Origin: Candidatus Cloacimonadota bacterium
GTDB taxonomy: Bacteria; Cloacimonadota; Cloacimonadia; Cloacimonadales; TCS61
Direction: 5' to 3'
Length of the DNA stretch: 50,415 bases
NCBI GenBank assembly: GCA_016935235.1
Contig: JAFGRJ010000161.1
Span: forward strand, 1-50,415
Both the position numbers and the translations under genes were made by a program. Shown here piece by piece: positions 44,197-50,415 of the stretch (the stretch's first letter is position 1; each line of letters begins with the position of its first letter). Below the pieces are notes generated by a model. The model saw nothing but the letters and a program-made list of their open reading frames with translations, had not been told where the DNA came from and made no database searches.

Positions 44197-45477
44197 TTAA
44201 ACAAATGACTTTATTACAGGATTAAGCCGATTACCAATATCTTTCCGGTAATACTGACCGGGGAAACTTATTTTCTTGACTCCCTGGTAAGCAGCGTTAA
44301 CAGCTTCGGAAAGGTTTTCACCTTGACCTACAACATTCAAGACTCTTCCCCCGGCAGTAAGATAACTTCCCTTTTCCATCCTGGTACCCGCATGAAACAC
44401 CAGACCGGGATAGCTCTGCAAACCTGAAATAAGCCTGTCTTTCTCATATTTGCCAGGATAACCTGCCATAGCCATCACAATATCGGCAAAATATCCTGGA
44501 TTAAACTCGAGTTGTAAGCTGCTCAATTCTCCCTCAATACAGGCTGTAATAATATCGAGCAGATCGGTTTTCAGGGCTGGCAATACCACTTGTGCTTCAG
44601 GATCACCCAGTCTGACATTATATTCCAGTACCCGGGGACCTTGGGCAGTAATCATCAATCCGAAATACAGCACTCCCCTGTACACTATGCCTTCCTCGTG
44701 AATACCGCGCAGGGTTGGTTCCACTGTATCCTCGATAATTCTCTTCCAGAGCCGTTCCGAGAGGTCCGGAACAGGACAGAAAGCCCCCATCCCTCCTGTA
44801 TTGGGTCCTCTGTCATTATCATAGATCTGCTTATGGTCCTGAGAAGGTTGCAAAAGATGATAATTCCTCCCATCCACGAATGCCAGCAGAGAAATTTCAT
44901 CACCATAAAGCTTCTCTTCAATGATTATCCGTGCTTGCGAACCATATTTCTGACATATTTCACCCACCACCTTCTTAACCTCAACGGGGGAGTCACAGAC
45001 ATAAACACCTTTCCCACCAGCAAGACCGTCGTATTTTATTACACACCCATCCTCTTTCAGGAAAAAATCTTTCATTCTTCCTTCGCTTGCTTTATCAGCA
45101 CAGGAAATTTCAGTAAAAGCAGCGCTGGCAACACCGTGTTTTTTCATGAACTGTTTGGCAAAAACCTTGGAGCTTTCCAGTCGGGCAGCCTGCCGGTTAG
45201 GTCCAAACACTCTAATTCCAGCTTGAACCATATAATCGGTTATACCTGCTGCCAGAGGAGCTTCCGGACCAACCACGAGCACATCGATTTTTGCACTTCT
45301 GCAGAATTCTGCGATCGATTTAAAGTCCATTATATCCAGGAGAATATTATTGCTTGTTCCACCATTTCCGGGAATGGAAAAGATCTTGTCGATCCTGGAA
45401 CTCTGGTTCAATTTCCAGGCGATTGCATGTTCTCTCCCTCCTGAACCCAATACCGCCACCTGCATTTTCACACTCAT
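44197..45477 (-). CDS. purD: Phosphoribosylamine-glycine ligase
   Basis: 'VAVLGSGGREHAIAWKL' and an ATP-grasp core are present. The ATG at 45477 overlaps the purC-E stop codon (ATGA). An alternative start at 45465 (MQVAVLG) is equally plausible. Confidence 0.9.
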   Translation of the reverse strand: MSVKMQVAVLGSGGREHAIAWKLNQSSRIDKIFSIPGNGGTSNNILLDIMDFKSIAEFCRSAKIDVLVVGPEAPLAAGITDYMVQAGIRVFGPNRQAARLESSKVFAKQFMKKHGVASAAFTEISCADKASEGRMKDFFLKEDGCVIKYDGLAGGKGVYVCDSPVEVKKVVGEICQKYGSQARIIIEEKLYGDEISLLAFVDGRNYHLLQPSQDHKQIYDNDRGPNTGGMGAFCPVPDLSERLWKRIIEDTVEPTLRGIHEEGIVYRGVLYFGLMITAQGPRVLEYNVRLGDPEAQVVLPALKTDLLDIITACIEGELSSLQLEFNPGYFADIVMAMAGYPGKYEKDRLISGLQSYPGLVFHAGTRMEKGSYLTAGGRVLNVVGQGENLSEAVNAAYQGVKKISFPGQYYRKDIGNRLNPVIKSFV

Positions 45478-46862
45478 ACCCCCTGGTTAATTTCATCGTC
45501 AGCACTGGCGAGTTTTGCTTTCTGTAAGCCAATCTCAGTGCAGAAGATCTCCTTGAGGCGAGGCAGGTTAAGGCATCTTAATGCTGCCATTGCTGCTAAT
45601 CCAGTGTCAACCAGCGTCAGGGCAGGTGTATGGGAAGGCATCAGCAAGGAGGAATTGATGTTCAACAGAAAATCCAGCTTATCCTGAAAAGGCGGGCAGT
45701 TAATCACCGGAACAGCCAGATTTGCTGCCAGCGCTCCCCCCAGGCCGTTGGACCTGCCAGCTACAGCAACAACCACCACCGGTTCCAGTGCCTGATTGTA
45801 TTCTGATGCTATTTCTGGTATTCTCTCTCCATTCTTATGTGCTGAAACAACCCGCAGCCCGGAATAAACACCATAATTTTTCAGACCGGATAATATTTTC
45901 AGGCAATGTTCTCTGTCTGCCTGAGATCCCATGATCACTATGATACTCCCGTCCCTGATGATATTTTCATCAACCAGATTACGATAGATTCTTTCTTTCA
46001 CACTACCGTTTACCATGATCAGTTTTTCTCCGGTGATTTTTTCATAAATCTGCAAATAACGCCGCGAGACTTCCTCGATAACCTCGGAAGGTAAATGGTC
46101 CGGCATCCGATCACCGTCCTTATGCCGTAAAAGCCACTGCCTGACGTATTCCTTATCAATCGCATCGACATTTGCTGGATTCTCTTGATAGGCTTTCAAG
46201 TCCCAGAAGCGCGAGGAATCAGGAGTATGAATTTCGTCAATCAGAACAAGCTTACCATTGATTAATCCGAATTCATATTTAGTGTCAACCAGGATAATAC
46301 CCTGAGCGGCGAGTGTCCGTGTGCCCTCAGCAAACAATGCCAGGGATGCTTCTTCCATCTGATGATAGATCTTGCTGCTTGCCCAGCCTTCTTTGACGAT
46401 CTGGGCTGGTGATATCTCCCGATCGTGTTCTTCCTTGGTAGTTGGTGTCAGCAGTGGATTACTAAACTGCTGGTTCTTTTCCAGATTATCAGGAAGTGTA
46501 ACTCCAGAAACAATGCGTTTGCCCTTCTCATAATCACGCCCCAGAGAGCCTGTAAGATATCCGCGCACTATCATTTCAATCCTTAGTGGTTTTGCTTCCT
46601 TGACCAGACTGATATTGGGATCGATCATCCTGATAAAATGATTTTCAATTATATGGCGGGTTTTTCCAAACCAGTAGGCGGCAATTCCATTAAGAACAGC
46701 CCCTTTATGGGGAATGAGGTTATTCAGCACATAATCAAAACTGGATATCCGATCGCTGACCACGATCATCCTGGTATTCTCATCAACCCGAAAACTTTCC
46801 CTTACTTTGCCGCTATGGAGTTTCTTGAGCTGGGGAGTAAATATCTTATCTACGTAATCCAT
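45474..46862 (-). CDS. Bifunctional SAICAR synthetase (PurC, N-terminal) / AIR carboxylase-type PurE (C-terminal) fusion
   Basis: The N-terminal 300 aa or so has 'SGKVRESF..VVSDRISSFD' and 'LVDTKYEFG' (long-type PurC). The C-terminal 150 aa or so has 'IVIMGSQADREHC', 'VVSAHKNG' and 'VAVAGRSNGLGG...VPVINCPP' (PurE fold). Confidence 0.8.
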   Translation of the reverse strand: MDYVDKIFTPQLKKLHSGKVRESFRVDENTRMIVVSDRISSFDYVLNNLIPHKGAVLNGIAAYWFGKTRHIIENHFIRMIDPNISLVKEAKPLRIEMIVRGYLTGSLGRDYEKGKRIVSGVTLPDNLEKNQQFSNPLLTPTTKEEHDREISPAQIVKEGWASSKIYHQMEEASLALFAEGTRTLAAQGIILVDTKYEFGLINGKLVLIDEIHTPDSSRFWDLKAYQENPANVDAIDKEYVRQWLLRHKDGDRMPDHLPSEVIEEVSRRYLQIYEKITGEKLIMVNGSVKERIYRNLVDENIIRDGSIIVIMGSQADREHCLKILSGLKNYGVYSGLRVVSAHKNGERIPEIASEYNQALEPVVVVAVAGRSNGLGGALAANLAVPVINCPPFQDKLDFLLNINSSLLMPSHTPALTLVDTGLAAMAALRCLNLPRLKEIFCTEIGLQKAKLASADDEINQGV

Positions 46863-46901
46863 TTTCCCTCTCCCGTTTTTATATTTTTTTATTTGATTAT
46901 T

Positions 46902-48539
46902 TTAATGTCGAAAATGCCTGATGCCAGTGAAGATCATGCAGATGCCAAGTTCATCAGCCCTTTTTATTACTTTTTTATCACGCAAAGAGCCTCCAGGTTG
47001 TACAATAATTTTTATCCCATTTGCTGCCGCGATTTCCACATTATCCGGAAAGGGAAAGAAGGCATCGGACAGGAGAATCGATTTTGCCAGCTGGTTACTG
47101 CAATAATCCTCGCATTCTTGATCTAGAAAGGCACCATTACGGAAAGCGTGGAATTCCCTCAGCAGGTTATCCCTGCTTTTCTCCAGAGCCAGGCGAGTTG
47201 AGATCAGACGATTGGGCTGTCCAGCTCCCATGCCCAGAAGTTGCATATATCCGGATTCCACTTCCCGCACTATGCATATGGCATTGGATTTAATCTGTCT
47301 TACGACATTCAGTCCAAATTCAATGAGAGACTGCCAGGATTTCAGAGCTATTCTTTCCTTGGTAGCAAATTCCAGTGAGTTATATAATTTTCCATCCCTG
47401 TCCTGCATCAGGAGTGAATTTGCCAGGAACCTGTAATCAAGACCCATTTCATCAAAACTGGGATCATACCTGATCAAGCGCAGGTTCTCGTGAAACTGAA
47501 GATAACGCAATGCATCTTCATTGAAAGATGGAGCTGTTATGACCTCAATGAATTTTCTCTTGCTTTTATCCAAAGCATTCAATTGAAAAAATTCCGCTGA
47601 TTCCAGAGTTAATTCACTGTTGAATGCAATTACCGAACCGAAAGCAGACACAGGATCTCCTTCCCAGGCAAATTTCAAAACACTATGCTGATTTATACCA
47701 GAGGCAATCCCACAGGGATTGTTATGCTTCACTATACTGCAGGCAATACCCGGAATACCTTTCAATGAATTAACCGCACTGTTGATATCACTGATATTGT
47801 TATAGGATAATTCTCTGCCATGCAGCAGTTCAAGATCATAGAGAGATTTCCCCATCCCCCGTTGTCGGAAAAGAAATCCCTGCTGATGAGAATTTTCGCC
47901 ATAGCGAAGGGTAAGAGCCTTTTCGAAACACAATCGCAGTGAAGGATCATTCCCTCTTTCATCCATTGTTTCAGCTATTATACCATCATAATCCGCAATA
48001 ACATTGAAGGCTTTACGCATCAGATAGAATCTAGTCTCATAACTCACCGCACCCTTATGGTCGCTCAAGTCCTTTAAAAACATCTTATAATCATCGATTT
48101 CACTGAGAATGCATACATAATGAAAATTTTTGGCAGCAGCCCTGATCAGGGTCGGACCTCCGATATCAATATTCTCGATAAGTTCTGCGAGGGCTGCACC
48201 TTTCTCTTTCGCCCGGGCAAATGGATACAGGTTACATACAACCAGATCAATAGGGGTGATCCCCAGTTTAACGGCCTCTTCACCATCCCGTTCCCGATCG
48301 AACAGAATGGCTGCCCCAATCTGAAAAGACAGAGTTTTCATGCGACCTGAAAAAGCCTCCGGGTTACCTGTTATCCTGCTTATATCGATTACTTCGTAGC
48401 CTTTCTGCAATAGATAATCCCTGGTTCTGCCCGTCGCAATTATCTCACAGCTAAAACTCTGTAATGCGGCAACAAGGTTTTCCAGGGAGGTTTTATCACT
48501 TACACTGATGAGAGCTCTTTTGATCTTGATCAAATCCAT
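46902..48539 (-). CDS. purH: Bifunctional AICAR transformylase / IMP cyclohydrolase
   Basis: Has the MGS-like N-terminus 'KRALISVSDKT', then 'DLVVCNLYPF', 'ENIDIGGPTLIRAAAKN' and a C-terminal AICARFT domain ending 'MIFTGIRHFRH'. Confidence 0.9.
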   Translation of the reverse strand: MDLIKIKRALISVSDKTSLENLVAALQSFSCEIIATGRTRDYLLQKGYEVIDISRITGNPEAFSGRMKTLSFQIGAAILFDRERDGEEAVKLGITPIDLVVCNLYPFARAKEKGAALAELIENIDIGGPTLIRAAAKNFHYVCILSEIDDYKMFLKDLSDHKGAVSYETRFYLMRKAFNVIADYDGIIAETMDERGNDPSLRLCFEKALTLRYGENSHQQGFLFRQRGMGKSLYDLELLHGRELSYNNISDINSAVNSLKGIPGIACSIVKHNNPCGIASGINQHSVLKFAWEGDPVSAFGSVIAFNSELTLESAEFFQLNALDKSKRKFIEVITAPSFNEDALRYLQFHENLRLIRYDPSFDEMGLDYRFLANSLLMQDRDGKLYNSLEFATKERIALKSWQSLIEFGLNVVRQIKSNAICIVREVESGYMQLLGMGAGQPNRLISTRLALEKSRDNLLREFHAFRNGAFLDQECEDYCSNQLAKSILLSDAFFPFPDNVEIAAANGIKIIVQPGGSLRDKKVIKRADELGICMIFTGIRHFRH

Positions 48540-50302
48540 TATTTATCCTGATCTTTTGTATAATTTATCACATAAAAGAACATTAACTCCTCCAGCATGC
48601 CTTCAAAAGAAGCGAACTTACCGGCTGGTTGCAGATTGGCTGCTATTTCTTCAGCTTCCTGCAAACATTTCTGGTATAACTCTGAACCATTGTCGGGAGG
48701 CTGATATGTAAAGTCCTTTAATTTCAAAGCAGTCCCCAGGTCCACATCCAGGGGTGTCCGGAACTTTTTTGCATCGCGGTGGTACCACTCTCCACTGCAT
48801 AAATTGAATTCATAAAGGGGAAGGAACAGCTCCGCCTGCCGTGTCATAAAATCCAGTACTCGAACCAGATACTCATATTCTTCCCAGGATAATGTATAAT
48901 GCAGATTCAACCTTACCCACCCCGGTTTAAGCCCGGAATAATTATCCAGCGCTATCAAACATTGATAATATCTAGAGGTCTGCTTGTCTATATTAAGAAG
49001 ACGGTGACCGTAAGGGCCGGCGCAGGAACAACCTGCTCTGGTCTGAATTCCGAAAAGGTCGTTCATCAATCTGGTAACAAATTTCGGATGCAGGATTCTG
49101 TCCTTATGAATAATATTGAAGGGGATTATGGCGACTTTCTTGGCAGGCTCGGTGGGACCATAGAATATTATTTGTCTATTATTCTTGAATCTTTCATAAA
49201 AATCCTGCAGGTAAAAATTCTCTATTTTTTCAATATTAGAGATACCGACCTGTTCCTTTAATTGAAAAATCAAGGCAATTTTGATATTCTGGAGAATACC
49301 TGGTGTACCTGGTTTTTCCCTGATCTCAATATCTGAGATGAATTTTTCTCTCTCTGGGGTCACAAAATCCACAGTACCACCAGCTGCGATGCACGGTGGC
49401 AGATCCCGCGGATAGATTTTCTCATTGATCACCAGCAACCCGGAAGTACCAGGACCTCCCAGAAATTTATGCGGAGAAAGGAATATCGCATCGAAATAGG
49501 ATTCATGATCTCGGTTCATATCTATTTCGATATAGGGGGCACAGGCAGCAAAATCGAAACAGGCGATCGCATCGTGCCGATGAAGAATACGGGCAACATC
49601 GTATACCGGGGTTCTGATGCCGGATACATTGGAAGCAGCTGAAAAGGAACCTATTTTCTGTCTTGAGGCATAGCAGGGATTGGCAACGGCCTCCTCCAAG
49701 GCAATCAGATCAAGGTCTCCTGTCTTGCTGAGGGGTATTTCTACCACTTCGCAGAGAGTCTGCCGCCACATTATCTCATTGGAATGATGCTCATAGGGTC
49801 CAACAAATACAATAGGTTTTTTCTTTTCTATATATTCCCGTAATTCCCGGTTACATTTGTCGTTATCCGGATATCTTTGCAGACAGCTCTCCAGGAATTC
49901 ATCAACTCTCCGCTTGGTTGCAGGCGGCCAGTATACTCCCAATATCTGCTGAAGCCTGGTGATGCCACCGGTGGTCCCTGATTCGGTGAATATCACCTTG
50001 CCTGTTTCTCCGGCGTTCAGGATCTTCTTGATCTTTTTTGCGGCAGCTTGCAGAAGAAGTGTCATGGTTTTACCGGTGAAATCATCTTCAGTATGGGTAT
50101 TGGCATAATATTGCATGAGATGGAGCATATAATTCTCGATGAAACGAACATTGCGACCACTAGCTGTATAATCCGCATATACCAGTGGTTTCCAGCCAAA
50201 AGGTGTAGCAAAAGATATATTTCTGCCAATGATCTGACTTCGCAGCCATTCCAATTGGTTGATCAGTTCACGCTCTTCTATCAATCCTTTCTTTTCATGC
50301 AT
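48539..50302 (-). CDS. Aminotransferase class V-fold PLP-dependent enzyme (cysteine desulfurase/lyase-like), 587 aa
   Basis: Has 'VYADYTASG' and the PLP-lysine context 'FLSPHKFLGGPGTSGLL'. The stop codon overlaps the purH start (TAATG). No SD is visible before ATG 50302. Confidence 0.6.
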   Translation of the reverse strand: MHEKKGLIEERELINQLEWLRSQIIGRNISFATPFGWKPLVYADYTASGRNVRFIENYMLHLMQYYANTHTEDDFTGKTMTLLLQAAAKKIKKILNAGETGKVIFTESGTTGGITRLQQILGVYWPPATKRRVDEFLESCLQRYPDNDKCNRELREYIEKKKPIVFVGPYEHHSNEIMWRQTLCEVVEIPLSKTGDLDLIALEEAVANPCYASRQKIGSFSAASNVSGIRTPVYDVARILHRHDAIACFDFAACAPYIEIDMNRDHESYFDAIFLSPHKFLGGPGTSGLLVINEKIYPRDLPPCIAAGGTVDFVTPEREKFISDIEIREKPGTPGILQNIKIALIFQLKEQVGISNIEKIENFYLQDFYERFKNNRQIIFYGPTEPAKKVAIIPFNIIHKDRILHPKFVTRLMNDLFGIQTRAGCSCAGPYGHRLLNIDKQTSRYYQCLIALDNYSGLKPGWVRLNLHYTLSWEEYEYLVRVLDFMTRQAELFLPLYEFNLCSGEWYHRDAKKFRTPLDVDLGTALKLKDFTYQPPDNGSELYQKCLQEAEEIAANLQPAGKFASFEGMLEELMFFYVINYTKDQDK

Positions 50303-50415
50303 TCTTGCTTGACCAGCTGAAAATTGCTCGGGAATCCTCCCACGTCCTTATTTCAGCTTTCCGGGTATTTCCATGATTATAATTTTAACTGGACCTGCAG
50401 CGAAATCGATCGATA

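Noticed and set aside
44590-45444. 284-aa ORF on the plus strand
   Set aside because: It is antisense inside purD, which has unambiguous motifs, and it contains no recognisable motifs of its own.
1-50415. Looked for CRISPR repeats, transposase, integrase or recombinase genes, tRNA or rRNA genes, toxin-antitoxin pairs and classical defence genes (restriction-modification, Cas, Abi)
   Set aside because: None were recognisable by eye. There are no regularly spaced direct repeats, and none of the translated ORFs carries DDE, tyrosine- or serine-recombinase, nuclease-helicase or methylase motif sets. The absence is not proven without a computational scan.

Overview
A 50.4 kb bacterial chromosomal window of about 40% GC. 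It is densely coding, mostly on the minus strand, and most genes have strong AAGGAGG-type Shine-Dalgarno sites. I saw no rRNA, tRNA, CRISPR array, transposase or integrase.

Gene content, in window order:
- Two tandem giant secreted proteins; one is a clear gingipain/C25 peptidase.
- An AhpD/CMD-like protein.
- A DUF5916-like protein followed by TldD and PmbA.
- A co-directional string of two ABC exporter half-transporters, an ABC-F ATPase, HflX, a tandem-GNAT protein and a 1036-aa GNAT fusion protein.
- A 2TM/RCK K+ channel with a separate cNMP-binding protein.
- Two beta-barrel outer-membrane proteins and an Ig-like lipoprotein.
- recR, ybaB and rsmI.
- tdh, acpS and kbl.
- A radical SAM/SPASM enzyme and a methyltransferase.
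- An FtsX-type permease.
- A BNR protein with a T9SS C-terminal domain.
- An Isf-like flavoprotein.
- A 32-aa bTHX ribosomal protein gene that is below the ORF-track length cutoff.
- A purine operon (class-V PLP enzyme, purH, purC-purE fusion, purD, purN, guaA).

The T9SS domain, C25 peptidases and bTHX suggest an FCB-group or candidate-phylum organism. This is inference only.

Most interesting observations:
1. An attenuator-like leader lies upstream of the ABC exporter/ABC-F/HflX/GNAT string. It has two mini-ORFs with perfect SD sites, duplicated complementary RNA segments and a strong intrinsic terminator.
2. Four correctly spaced sigma54-type (-24/-12) promoters sit in front of envelope or secreted-protein genes, including a divergent pair.
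3. A large GNAT fusion protein of unknown function lies downstream of a tandem-GNAT gene that is itself translationally coupled to hflX.
4. The purine enzymes look eukaryote-like: a PAICS-like PurC-PurE(class II) fusion and a long-form GMP synthase.

All functional calls come from reading motifs in the translated ORFs. No database search was run.
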